NCBI GenBank assembly: GCA_964519305.1
Contig: CAZFHY010000006.1
Coordinates: 1 to 64,000 of the forward strand
Origin: Candidatus Undinarchaeota archaeon
GTDB taxonomy: Archaea; SpSt-1190; JASMDC01
Direction of reading: 5' to 3'
DNA: 64,000 nucleotides
Of the stretch, positions 47,877 to 58,004 are shown in pieces. A program made the translations under genes and the position numbers. The notes under the pieces are model-generated. The model did no database searches, was not told where the DNA came from, and saw only the letters and a list, made by a program, of their open reading frames with translations. The stretch's first letter is position 1. The number at the start of each line of letters is the position of its first letter.

Positions 47877-50800
47877 GTGACCATGGTCAGCAGAAATGGG
47901 AGCGACAGGAAGGAAAAGAAAGGGGGGGAAAAGCCCGGGAAAGGCAGGACCGTCCTCGTCGTTGATGACATGAAGGACAACCGCCTCCTGCTCGAGACCG
48001 TGCTGAAGGCCAAGGGCTACACCGTGCACCTCGCCGCGAACGGGGAAGAGGCACTGGAGGGTCTGAGTTCCCATGCCGTGGACCTCATCATCTCCGACAT
48101 CCTGATGCCTGTTATGGACGGGTTCCAGCTGTGCAGGGCGTGCAAGGATGATAAGAAGCTGCAAGGCATCCCGTTCGTGTTCTACAGCGCCACCTATACA
48201 TCCGAGAAGGACCGGGATTTCGCACTGAGCCTGGGCGCCGAGCGCTTCATCCTCAAACCCGCGAAGCCGAAGGTGTTCCTCGCGGCCATCGAGGAGGTTC
48301 TTGCCGAGCATAGGGACGGGACCCTCGTCGCTGGTGAGGGACCGACGAAGGAGGAAGGCGAGATCCTGGTCCTGTACAACCAGAGGCTGATCAACAAGCT
48401 AGAGGACAAGATGTTCGAGCTGGAGGATAGGAACAAGCTCCTCGAGTCGGTCTTTGACCACACGCATATCCTGGTCGCCTACCTGGACCGGGAATTCACC
48501 ATCATTAGGGTCAACCGCGCCTATGCCGATGCTAGTGGACGAGAGCCTGAGTACTACTCCGGGAAGAACCTCTTCGAGGTCCTGTCAGATGGGACCTGCG
48601 AGGACGTGTTCCGGCAGGTCGTAACGACGGGCAAACCCTACTTCCACACATCTCATTCCTTCGCGTTCACAGAGCAGAAGGAAGGGGGGATGAGGTACTG
48701 GGACATGGGCCTCATACCGATCAAGAACGCTGAAGGCAGCATCACCCACGCGCTGCTGACGCTGGTCGAGGCTACCGAACGCAAGAGTGTCAATGAAGAG
48801 CTAATCGTCAGCAAGGAGCGGTACGAGCTCTGCACCCGTGCTGGGAGAGTGGGGGTGTGGGACTGGGACATCGTCAACGGAACGTTCTACCTGGACCCGG
48901 TCATCAAGGACTTCCTGGGCTATACCGACGAGGAGATTCCCAACGAACTCGAGAAGTGGGTGCCCTACGTGCATCCTGACGACAGCGGACCGGTGATGCA
49001 GGCGGCCCAGGACTGCCTTGACGGGAAGACGCCAGAGTACGTGTACGAGCACCGCATGCTCCACAAGGACGGCTCCGTCCGGTGGGTGCAGGTGGACGGC
49101 CGTGTCATCCGTGATGAGAAGGGCGAGCCCGTCCGCATGCTGGGCACCGACACGGACATCACCGAACGTAGGAATGCCGAGGAGGATGTGGAATACCTTT
49201 CACGGTTTCCGGAGGAGAACCCGGATCCCGTGCTACGCATCAGCAACAAGGGCATCATCATCTATTCCAACGAGGCGGGACGCAAGCAGATCCTCGAACC
49301 CATGGGATGCCGTGTGGGTCACCCTCCAAAAAAGCAGTGTGTCGAGCTCATCAGTAAGGCGACCAAGGGCAGTAAGAAGGGTATATTCGAGATAGCGATC
49401 GGGGACCGCTTGTACTCATTCGTGGTTGCCCCTGTGAAGGGTGCAGGGTATACCAATCTCTACGCCCAGGACATAACCGAGCGGAAGAAGACCGAAGAAA
49501 GGCTCCAGGAAGCGTTCACGATCATCAACCGTAGCGCATCGGTAGCGTTCACTTGGCGTAACATGGAAGGCTGGCCTGTCGAGTTCGTTTCTGACAACGT
49601 CACAGCGTTGTTCGGTCATAGCGCCAATGACTTCCTGACGGGCAAGGTCGCGTACGACAAGGTCGTGCATCCGGACGACCTCGCTCGGGTCGCTGAGGAG
49701 ATTGCCACGTACAGTGGAGAGAAGGACCGTACGGAGTTCACACACATACCTTACCGTATCATATCCAAGGACGGCACCGTTCGCTGGGTGGAGGACTGGA
49801 CGTTCATCGTGCGTGACGCTGAAGGGAAAGTCACGCATTTCAAAGGCATTGTCACAGATATCACCCACCGGAAGCGGGCTGAGGGGGAGCTGCGTCGGGA
49901 GAGGGACAACCTCATCAACATGTTCGAATCCATGCGGGATGGTATCTACATAGTAGACAAGTCGCACAAGATCCATTACACGAATCCCGTGCTGGTCAAG
50001 GAGTTCGGCAAGTACGAGGGACGGAAGTGCTACGAGTACTTCCACGACCGCAAGAGATCATGTCCATGGTGCAAGAACAAGGACGTGTTCGCCGGAAAGA
50101 CCGTGCGGTGGGAATGGACCTCTTCCAAGAACAAAAGGACATACGACCTTATCGACACACCTATGAAAGGCCCCGACGGTCAGATATTGAAGCTGGAGAT
50201 ATTCCGTGATATCACCGACCGCAAGCTCGCAGAGGGGGAACTGGAGCGCCATCGTCAGCATCTCGAGGAGATGGTCGCCGCGAGGACAGAGGAGTTATCA
50301 GAGATGGGCGAGCGGTTCCGTCAGCTCTTCGAGAGCTCGCCTGACGCTGTGTTCGTGATCGGGCTCACGTCGAACGGTAAGCCTGGGAAGTTCATTGAGG
50401 TGAACAACGTTGCATGCGAGCGGCTCGGATACACACACGAGGAGATGCTCGCGCTCTCACCCGACGACATCCACGATCGGGACGTGAATTGGGACCTACT
50501 ACCACGGATGGTCAAGCAGATAATCGCGAGTGGACAGGGCGTGGTCCGTGCCGTACATGTCGCCAAGGACGGAAGCCGGATACCTGTGGAGGTCCGCGGG
50601 AGCCGTATCAAGCTGAAGGGTGGATCGGCGATCATCGCTATCGCCCGGGACGTCACCGATCGTGAACGGGCCGAGGCCGTGCTCCGCGAGTCCGCTGAGG
50701 AGTGGAAGGCCACGTTCGATGCCGTTGATGAGATGGTGTTCCTCCAAGACCGCGATATGAAGATAATCCGGGTGAACCGTGCTTTCGCCAAGGGGCTCGG

Positions 50801-52118
50801 GGCCGAGCCTGATGACTTCGTGGGGAAGTACTGCTACGAGGTGGTCCACGGGACGAAGGAGCCGCCCAAGGAGTGCCCCCACAGCCACACGCTGGAGACG
50901 GGATCACCTGCCAACGCAGAGTTATTCGAGCCCAAACTGGGCCGCCACCTTGAGGTGTCCGTTTCCCCCATTTACGATGATAAGGGCAAGGTGTGCAGCA
51001 CGGTCCATGTAGCCCGTGATATCACGGAACGTGTGCAGGCTGAAGGTGCGCTGCGCGAGTCGGAAGAGCGTTACCGCACTCTTTTCGAAAGTGTACCTGT
51101 GGGCATCGGTATCGCCACCCGCGACGGCCGTACCATCGCTGGTAACAGCACGATCTGTTCCCTGATGGGCTACACCCTCGAGGAGCTTAAGCGGCGTTCC
51201 ATCACCGATGTCTATCGTAATCCTGATGATCGTCAACGGATAATGCGCCTCCTGTCGCAGGACGGGCACGTCAATGGTGAGGGGGTCGAGATGGTCCGCA
51301 AGGACGGATCGACCTTTATCGCATCCCTAACCGTAATGCCCTTCACCGCAGCGGGCGAGGACGTTAACTTCACGTTGATAGAGGATATCACCGAGCGAGT
51401 ACGCTCGGAAGAAAGGTTGCGATGGCAGCTCATGCGCTTCAGGCTCGATGAGGGGGGGACCTACCTCGTGAAGGAGAGCGCACCGACAGTCGCAATAGAG
51501 GCTTTCGCCGATCTCATGAAGGCCGGGCATCCTGGCCATGTCGTCTCACGGACACCATCCGTGGAGCACTCGCTGGACGTATCTACGCTCTCGAGCTTTA
51601 TGTGGCTGGCAGAGATAGAGGGTGAAGGAACCGTTCCACCCCGCGTCGATGTGCTCGTCTCCCGTCTTGACGCGCTCCCGGATAAGAGCGCAGTGCTCAT
51701 CGACCGGCTGGACTATCTGGCCTTGAAGAACGGTACGGACGCCACGCTCGGTTTCGTGCAGCACGTCCGTGAGCTGGCCTACCTGCGGCGCCACATAATC
51801 GTCCTCTCTCTAGACCCTGCTGCTGTGGACAAGCATCTCCTCCATCTACTTGAGAAGGAGACGCTGGAAGTGGAACGCCAGGTCGGCGGAGCGTTGGGCG
51901 AGGACCTGCTAGAGGTCCTCCGGTACATACGCCGGGAGAACATGACGGGGTTGAAGCCTTCTTACACCGAGGTCGCTGGTGGTGTAGGCCTTAGTCGCCC
52001 CACGGTCCTGGTGCGTATGAAACGGCTCGAGGCCGCAGGATATGTGGTGGTCCACAAGACCGGCCGTCGTAAGGCCGTGGAGCTCACCGAGCGGGGTCGA
52101 AGACTGTTCGAGCGCTGA
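47877..52118 (+). CDS. Receiver + multiple PAS/PAC + DUF835-like + C-terminal wHTH regulator
   Basis: VLVVDD..SDILMPVMDG REC; repeated DITERK; IDRLDYLALKNG; PSYTEVA..VGLSRPTV..LEAAGYV. Confidence 0.9.
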   Translation: MTMVSRNGSDRKEKKGGEKPGKGRTVLVVDDMKDNRLLLETVLKAKGYTVHLAANGEEALEGLSSHAVDLIISDILMPVMDGFQLCRACKDDKKLQGIPFVFYSATYTSEKDRDFALSLGAERFILKPAKPKVFLAAIEEVLAEHRDGTLVAGEGPTKEEGEILVLYNQRLINKLEDKMFELEDRNKLLESVFDHTHILVAYLDREFTIIRVNRAYADASGREPEYYSGKNLFEVLSDGTCEDVFRQVVTTGKPYFHTSHSFAFTEQKEGGMRYWDMGLIPIKNAEGSITHALLTLVEATERKSVNEELIVSKERYELCTRAGRVGVWDWDIVNGTFYLDPVIKDFLGYTDEEIPNELEKWVPYVHPDDSGPVMQAAQDCLDGKTPEYVYEHRMLHKDGSVRWVQVDGRVIRDEKGEPVRMLGTDTDITERRNAEEDVEYLSRFPEENPDPVLRISNKGIIIYSNEAGRKQILEPMGCRVGHPPKKQCVELISKATKGSKKGIFEIAIGDRLYSFVVAPVKGAGYTNLYAQDITERKKTEERLQEAFTIINRSASVAFTWRNMEGWPVEFVSDNVTALFGHSANDFLTGKVAYDKVVHPDDLARVAEEIATYSGEKDRTEFTHIPYRIISKDGTVRWVEDWTFIVRDAEGKVTHFKGIVTDITHRKRAEGELRRERDNLINMFESMRDGIYIVDKSHKIHYTNPVLVKEFGKYEGRKCYEYFHDRKRSCPWCKNKDVFAGKTVRWEWTSSKNKRTYDLIDTPMKGPDGQILKLEIFRDITDRKLAEGELERHRQHLEEMVAARTEELSEMGERFRQLFESSPDAVFVIGLTSNGKPGKFIEVNNVACERLGYTHEEMLALSPDDIHDRDVNWDLLPRMVKQIIASGQGVVRAVHVAKDGSRIPVEVRGSRIKLKGGSAIIAIARDVTDRERAEAVLRESAEEWKATFDAVDEMVFLQDRDMKIIRVNRAFAKGLGAEPDDFVGKYCYEVVHGTKEPPKECPHSHTLETGSPANAELFEPKLGRHLEVSVSPIYDDKGKVCSTVHVARDITERVQAEGALRESEERYRTLFESVPVGIGIATRDGRTIAGNSTICSLMGYTLEELKRRSITDVYRNPDDRQRIMRLLSQDGHVNGEGVEMVRKDGSTFIASLTVMPFTAAGEDVNFTLIEDITERVRSEERLRWQLMRFRLDEGGTYLVKESAPTVAIEAFADLMKAGHPGHVVSRTPSVEHSLDVSTLSSFMWLAEIEGEGTVPPRVDVLVSRLDALPDKSAVLIDRLDYLALKNGTDATLGFVQHVRELAYLRRHIIVLSLDPAAVDKHLLHLLEKETLEVERQVGGALGEDLLEVLRYIRRENMTGLKPSYTEVAGGVGLSRPTVLVRMKRLEAAGYVVVHKTGRRKAVELTERGRRLFER

Positions 52119-52120
52119 GG

Positions 52121-52148
52121 TTTACACGTTTTTACACGTTTCTTTACG
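52121..52148 (+). promoter_or_regulatory. TTTACACGTT direct repeats next to a TATA-like sequence
   Basis: TTTACACGTT-TTTACACGTT-TCTTTACG; related repeats at 47815-47844. Confidence 0.5.
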
Positions 52149-52615
52149 TATATATAACGGGATGTAAAGCCCTCTATATTACCGAGGGGTGCTTTCGTTC
52201 CATTTATTGGCACGTCGGCCGGTGGCTACCCAAACCCCAAGGAAGAGATGGAGAGTAATACGGTGGTCGCGTTCCAACAAACTTCATGCTATTGTGGTCC
52301 GGGCATGCACTGTTCAGAGGAAGGACACCCAAGGTTAAGCTGTCATGCCACCGCAGCACTTCCGAGACCTTTCACCCGATCGTTCTTCCAGACTGAAAGC
52401 TGTATGTCCGGGCCCAATTCTTCGCGGGAGGGGAGCATACCCCTTCCTGCCCCTTCTCCTCACTCATCGCACAGATCACATATCATGGTTTCCTCCATCT
52501 TTCTGAGCGCGAAGTGCCACCCGCGCCTATTGGAGGACGCGACCTACCCTTGTTGGGGGGGACGAGCTGCCACCCGTTCCCTCCCACCTTTTTTCTTTTC
52601 TGAGGAGGTATCCTG

Positions 52616-52696
52616 ATGTACATGCTAAGTGTTGTGATAGGCGGTGCTCTGGTGATCTACATATCGATCACTCAGTACCTCGCTTTCAAGGCGTGA
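52616..52696 (+). CDS. 26-aa hydrophobic peptide (not in ORF track)
   Basis: MYMLSVVIGGALVIYISITQYLAFKA preceded by a GAGGAGGT Shine-Dalgarno. Confidence 0.45.
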   Translation: MYMLSVVIGGALVIYISITQYLAFKA

Positions 52697-52769
52697 ATCC
52701 GGGACCGAGCTCGCGCCCCCGCTCTCGTGAGCTTCCAAATAAATAGCTACGTGCCTTGAGAACTTTCAC

Positions 52770-53294
52770 GTGGAGCAGATGGCCGATCTCCCGGACGATG
52801 ATGCAAGCTCGCTCGTGCGGAAGAGCGACAGCGTCATCGCTGACAAGCTCGAGGAGGGGGAGAAGGTCATCGACAGTCTCGAGGACCGCGTATTCCTCAC
52901 GGACCGTCGCGTGCTACTCCGGGGCCATCCGCGCACGATCATCGGTGTGCTCGAGCGGCTCCGCTACGGGGAACTGGACGCTGAGCTCGAGCTGGGCCGC
53001 ATCGTGAGGATACGTTCAACCTCGGAGCGACCGTTCCTGTACATGGTGCTCACCGCCATCTCGATAACTCTGGCGATCATCAGCTGGGTCACCTCGCTCA
53101 CCGCCCTAGTCGGTATCGGTGTCCTGGTCGGGCTCGTCTTCCAATGCGCAGGGCTGATATTCCTGTACTTGTGGATCAGGGGGGGTCCCATACTCGTGAT
53201 CGAGGGAAGGGGGGTCCGCCTAAAGGCGCGGGACCTGGCCGCTGATCCGGTGGACTTCATCGAACAGGTCGAGGAGCGGAAGAAGCGACGGTGA
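52770..53294 (+). CDS. Two-TM membrane protein
   Basis: VFLTDRRVL segment and two TM helices. Confidence 0.65.
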   Translation: MEQMADLPDDDASSLVRKSDSVIADKLEEGEKVIDSLEDRVFLTDRRVLLRGHPRTIIGVLERLRYGELDAELELGRIVRIRSTSERPFLYMVLTAISITLAIISWVTSLTALVGIGVLVGLVFQCAGLIFLYLWIRGGPILVIEGRGVRLKARDLAADPVDFIEQVEERKKRR

Positions 53295-53403
53295 TCGCTC
53301 CCCGGTCAGCTGGATACTGTTATAAACCATCCCACCTGAATGATTCAATACGGAGGGGTCCGGTATGTCCCGACCCCCTCCTATGTGCGGAGGCGGTTAC
53401 CCC

Positions 53404-56244
53404 ATGTCATCCTGGAACGTCCTATCAAGAAAGATAGTAATACGATCGATCGTGCTGCTTGTCATTGCCTGCATCCTGTTCGCGGACGCGACGGCCTTCT
53501 TCGGCTCAAGTGATCGGCGAGAAGGCAGGGGGAAGCGATGGAAGCGGTTCAATCCCGACGCCCGGCCGAGGACCTTCCGGAGGATGATGGAGCCGGATAC
53601 TGCGCGCGCCGTAGGTCTAGGAAAGAAGGGGGAGTGCCCCGAATGCCCCCCTCCCGAATGTCCCGAGAAGGAGTGTCCCACCTGCCCCGAGCCGGAGCCT
53701 TGCCCAGAATGCTCCCCTACCGTTACGTGCGGTACGGGCACCAACTTGGTGGGAGGTATATGTGTCCCATCCTATCCGGAAGTGAAATGCGGCAATGGCA
53801 CCACCTTGGTGGGTGGTGTATGCGTTGTGACAGCACCGCCGGTCAGCACCGGCGGGTTCGGCGATACGTGTACCGCGGATGCTAACTGTGGTGCGGGCAC
53901 GTACTGCAACACTGAGCTTGGCCTATGCGGCATGAGCGGTGGCGGCATGTGCAGCCCTTCGATGGGCGGCAGCATCGGTTCCCACCCCATCACGAATAAT
54001 TACGGCGTTCCGACCGGTGGTACATGCCCTGCCGGGTACCTCGTCATCGGTGGCGGCGGCGGTGTGGCGTGCTGTGCTACCTGGTCCAACTGCACGACAG
54101 CGCTCGATTGCTGCCTTAGCGACAGCGACTGCACGGGCGGCAAGAGCTGCGACCAGATCGGTATCGGTTATCCGGGCCGTTGCGTCCTCATAGGCGGGTT
54201 CGGCGATGCGTGCACCACTAACGCGGATTGCGGGAGTAGCACGTACTGCAACACTGAGCTTGGCCTATGCGGCATGAGCGGTGGCGGCATGTGCAGCCCT
54301 TCGATGGGCGGCAGCATCGGTTCCCACCCCATCACGAATAATTACGGCGTTCCGACCGGTGGTACATGCCCTGCCGGGTACCTCGTCATCGGTGGCGGCG
54401 GCGGTGTGGCGTGCTGTGCTACCTGGTCCAACTGCACGACAGCGCTCGATTGCTGCCTTAGCGACAGCGACTGCACGGGCGGCAAGAGCTGCGACCAGAT
54501 CGGTATCGGTTATCCGGGCCGTTGCGTCCTCATAGGCGGGTTCGGCGATGCGTGCACCACTAACGCGGATTGCGGGAGTAGCACGTACTGCAACACTGAG
54601 CTTGGCCTATGCGGCATGAGCGGTGGCGGCATGTGCAGCCCTTCGATGGGCGGCAGCATCGGTTCCCACCCCATCACGAATAATTACGGCGTTCCGACCG
54701 GTGGTACATGCCCTGCCGGGTACCTCGTCATCGGTGGCGGCGGCGGTGTGGCGTGCTGTGCTACCTGGTCCAACTGCACGACAGCGCTCGATTGCTGCCT
54801 TAGCGACAGCGACTGCACGGGCGGCAAGAGCTGCGACCAGATCGGTATCGGTTATCCGGGCCGTTGCGTCCTCATAGGCGGGTTCGGCGATGCGTGCACC
54901 ACTAACGCGGATTGCGGGAGTAGCACGTACTGCAACACTGAGCTTGGCCTATGCGGCATGAGCGGTGGCGGCATGTGCAGCCCTTCGATGGGCGGCAGCA
55001 TCGGTTCCCACCCCATCACGAATAATTACGGCGTTCCGACCGGTGGTACATGCCCTGCCGGGTACCTCGTCATCGGTGGCGGCGGTGGTGTAGCGTGCTG
55101 TGCTACCTGGTCCAACTGCACGACAGCGCTCGACTGTTGCCTTAGCGACAGCGACTGCACGGGCGGTAAGAGCTGCGACCAGATCGGTATCGGCTATCCG
55201 GGCCGTTGCGTCCTCGTGGGCGGATTCGGCGATGCGTGCACTACTAATGCGGATTGCGGGAGTAGCACGTACTGCAACACTGAGCTTGGCCTATGCGGCA
55301 TGAGCGGTGGCGGCATGTGCAGCCCTTCGATGGGCGGCAGCATCGGTTCCCACCCCATCACGAATAATTACGGCGTTCCGACCGGTGGTACATGCCCTGC
55401 CGGGTACCTCGTCATCGGTGGCGGCGGCGGTGTGGCGTGCTGTGCTACCTGGTCCAACTGCACGACAGCGCTCGATTGCTGCCTTAGCGACAGCGACTGC
55501 ACGGGCGGCAAGAGCTGCGACCAGATCGGTATCGGTTATCCGGGCCGTTGCGTCCTCATAGGCGGGTTCGGCGATGCGTGCACCACTAACGCGGATTGCG
55601 GGAGTAGCACGTACTGCAACACTGAGCTTGGCCTATGCGGCATGAGCGGTGGCGGCATGTGCAGCCCTTCGATGGGCGGCAGCATCGGTTCCCACCCCAT
55701 CACGAATAATTACGGCGTTCCGACCGGTGGTACATGCCCTGCCGGGTACCTCGTCATCGGTGGCGGCGGTGGTGTAGCGTGCTGTGCTACCTGGTCCAAC
55801 TGCACGACTGCGCTGGACTGCTGCCTTAGCGACAGCGACTGCACCGGCGGCAAGAGCTGCGATCAGATCGGTATCGGCTATCCCGGCCGGTGTGTTTTGG
55901 TCGGCGGTTTTGGTGATACGTGCACGTCCGATGCTAACTGTGGAGGCAGCACGTACTGCAACACGGGGCTTGGCCTCTGTGGTATGAGCGGTGGCGGCAT
56001 GTGCAGCCCGTCGATGGGCGGTAGCATCGGTTCCCACCCCATCACGAATAATTACGGCGTCCCGACCGGCGGGACATGCCCTGCCGGGTACCTCGTCATC
56101 GGCGGCGGTGGCGGTGTGGCGTGCTGTGCGACCTGGTCTGACTGCACCACAGCCCTTGATTGCTGTCTTAGCGACAGCGACTGCACGGGCGGCAAGAGCT
56201 GCGACCAGATCGGTATAGGTTATCCTGGCCGGTGTATCGATTAG
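53404..56244 (+). CDS. Secreted Cys/Gly-rich tandem-repeat protein
   Basis: Signal peptide, CPECP linker, 7 x 114-aa units. Confidence 0.85.
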   Translation: MSSWNVLSRKIVIRSIVLLVIACILFADATAFFGSSDRREGRGKRWKRFNPDARPRTFRRMMEPDTARAVGLGKKGECPECPPPECPEKECPTCPEPEPCPECSPTVTCGTGTNLVGGICVPSYPEVKCGNGTTLVGGVCVVTAPPVSTGGFGDTCTADANCGAGTYCNTELGLCGMSGGGMCSPSMGGSIGSHPITNNYGVPTGGTCPAGYLVIGGGGGVACCATWSNCTTALDCCLSDSDCTGGKSCDQIGIGYPGRCVLIGGFGDACTTNADCGSSTYCNTELGLCGMSGGGMCSPSMGGSIGSHPITNNYGVPTGGTCPAGYLVIGGGGGVACCATWSNCTTALDCCLSDSDCTGGKSCDQIGIGYPGRCVLIGGFGDACTTNADCGSSTYCNTELGLCGMSGGGMCSPSMGGSIGSHPITNNYGVPTGGTCPAGYLVIGGGGGVACCATWSNCTTALDCCLSDSDCTGGKSCDQIGIGYPGRCVLIGGFGDACTTNADCGSSTYCNTELGLCGMSGGGMCSPSMGGSIGSHPITNNYGVPTGGTCPAGYLVIGGGGGVACCATWSNCTTALDCCLSDSDCTGGKSCDQIGIGYPGRCVLVGGFGDACTTNADCGSSTYCNTELGLCGMSGGGMCSPSMGGSIGSHPITNNYGVPTGGTCPAGYLVIGGGGGVACCATWSNCTTALDCCLSDSDCTGGKSCDQIGIGYPGRCVLIGGFGDACTTNADCGSSTYCNTELGLCGMSGGGMCSPSMGGSIGSHPITNNYGVPTGGTCPAGYLVIGGGGGVACCATWSNCTTALDCCLSDSDCTGGKSCDQIGIGYPGRCVLVGGFGDTCTSDANCGGSTYCNTGLGLCGMSGGGMCSPSMGGSIGSHPITNNYGVPTGGTCPAGYLVIGGGGGVACCATWSDCTTALDCCLSDSDCTGGKSCDQIGIGYPGRCID
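53851..56244 (+). repeat. Seven tandem 342-bp repeats
   Basis: Units start at 53851, 54193, 54535, 54877, 55219, 55561, 55903. Confidence 0.95.
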
Positions 56245-56439
56245 GACCGTTCTCGATGTCAGTCCACCATCGGGTTTGCTCCAGTACCTAGAGGAATATG
56301 AACGCGTCCCGGACAGGATTCGTACTAATGGGGAGAACGGTAGGTATAATCGACAGCGGGCCGTACACATAGGGCCGTCCTCGCGGACCTCTGACGTCTT
56401 TTTATTAATTGGGCATCCACAGCGCCCCGGCGATCTCCC

Positions 56440-57297
56440 ATGGTCATCTATGTCAAGGACCTTAAATACACCTACCCCGGCGCTCACGAGCCCGCTCTGC
56501 AGGGCCTCGACTTCGCCATCGAGGAGGGGGAGATATTCGGGTTCCTCGGCCCCAATGGCGCCGGGAAGACAACCACCCAGAAAGTGCTCATCAACATATT
56601 CAAGGACTACAAGGGGAACGTGTCCATCAAGGGGAAGGACCTTCCCGACTGGGGCCCCGCTCTCTACGAGCGCATCGGGGTTTGCTTCGAGCTACCTGCC
56701 CTCTACACCAAGCTCACGGGAATGGAGAACCTCCGGTTCTTCTCGTCGTTCTACGAGGAAGGGACCGAGGACCTCGACGATCTCCTTGCCATGGTGGGGC
56801 TCGCCGACGCTGCTGACCGACGTGTGGGTGAGTACTCCAAGGGCATGAAGATGAAGCTGGAGTTCGCCCGGGCCTTCATTAACAAGCCCGAGATCCTGTT
56901 CCTGGACGAGCCCACCACCGGGCTGGACCCTATCAGCGCCCGCAGCATTAAGGACATCATCCTTGAGAAGAAGAAGGAGGGACGGACCATATTCCTCACC
57001 ACCCACAACATGAACGTCGCCGACGAGCTGTGCGACCGGGTGGCCCTCATCGCCGATGGTCAGCTCAAGCTCATTGGGAACCCCCGGGAGCTCAAGCTCG
57101 CGAAGGCCAGCCACGTGGTGCGGGTGGAGTACTTGGAGGGTAAGGAGGAGAAAGAGGCCGAGTTCCCCCTCAAGGGGCTCGGTACCAACAAGGACTTCCT
57201 CACCCTCCTCTCGGATAAGACGGTCCAGCGCATCTACACCGTGGAGCCCACCCTGGAGGAGATATTCATCGACACGACGGGAAGGAAGCTTACATGA
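56440..57297 (+). CDS. ABC exporter ATP-binding protein
   Basis: GPNGAGKTT, YSKGMK, LFLDEPT. Confidence 0.95.
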   Translation: MVIYVKDLKYTYPGAHEPALQGLDFAIEEGEIFGFLGPNGAGKTTTQKVLINIFKDYKGNVSIKGKDLPDWGPALYERIGVCFELPALYTKLTGMENLRFFSSFYEEGTEDLDDLLAMVGLADAADRRVGEYSKGMKMKLEFARAFINKPEILFLDEPTTGLDPISARSIKDIILEKKKEGRTIFLTTHNMNVADELCDRVALIADGQLKLIGNPRELKLAKASHVVRVEYLEGKEEKEAEFPLKGLGTNKDFLTLLSDKTVQRIYTVEPTLEEIFIDTTGRKLT

Positions 57298-58004
57298 CGG
57301 GGCTCGCTGATGTTGTGAAGTGGGACGTGCTCCTGCAGGTGCGGTACTACTTCTACCACGCCTACGCCCTCCTCGCCGCCTTCTACATATTCCTCCTCTA
57401 CGTCATGCCCGCGAGCATCAAGCCCTTTGCTGCGTTGCTTATCATCTTCAGCGATCCGTCGGTGCTAGGATTCGCTTTCCTGGGGGGACTGGTGCTCTTC
57501 GAGAAGCGCCAGGGCACCCTGGAGGCCATGACCGTGACCCCGCTGCGCATCCGCGACTATCTGATCTCGAAGGTAGTCTCCCTCACGGCGCTCGCCCTCG
57601 TCACGAGCCTCGTCATCGTGGTGGCGGGCTTCGGGACCGCCGTCAACTGGCCTATCCTGGCCGCAGGCGTGGTCCTCACCTCCATCATCTACGTGCTCAT
57701 CGGTGTGGTCGCAGTGGTGCGCTTTCGCACCCTCAACGAGTACTTCCTCTCGGCCTTGATCTACCTCGCCGTGCTGGAGGTTCCGCTCCTGGGGCTGTTC
57801 GGGATCTGGGAGCATCCGGTGTTCTACCTGTTCCCTGCCCAGGCGTCCATCATCCTCATCCGCGCGGCGTTTCAGGCGACCGCTCAGTGGCAGCTGGCGT
57901 ATGCGATCCTGTACCTTATGGTCTGGTGCGGGATTGCCTATAGGCTGGCCCACCACCAGTTCGTCAAACACATCGTCCAGGGAGCGGGGGGGAGCGCCCG
58001 ATGA
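57294..58004 (+). CDS. ABC-2-type permease (fluoroquinolone-exporter-like)
   Basis: DPSVLGFAFLGGLVLFEK..TPL; multi-TM. Confidence 0.85.
   Translation: MTGLADVVKWDVLLQVRYYFYHAYALLAAFYIFLLYVMPASIKPFAALLIIFSDPSVLGFAFLGGLVLFEKRQGTLEAMTVTPLRIRDYLISKVVSLTALALVTSLVIVVAGFGTAVNWPILAAGVVLTSIIYVLIGVVAVVRFRTLNEYFLSALIYLAVLEVPLLGLFGIWEHPVFYLFPAQASIILIRAAFQATAQWQLAYAILYLMVWCGIAYRLAHHQFVKHIVQGAGGSAR

Noticed and set aside
53939-56218. Repeated 84-aa MAACAALRW ORFs
   Set aside because: Out-of-frame products of the 342-bp coding repeat
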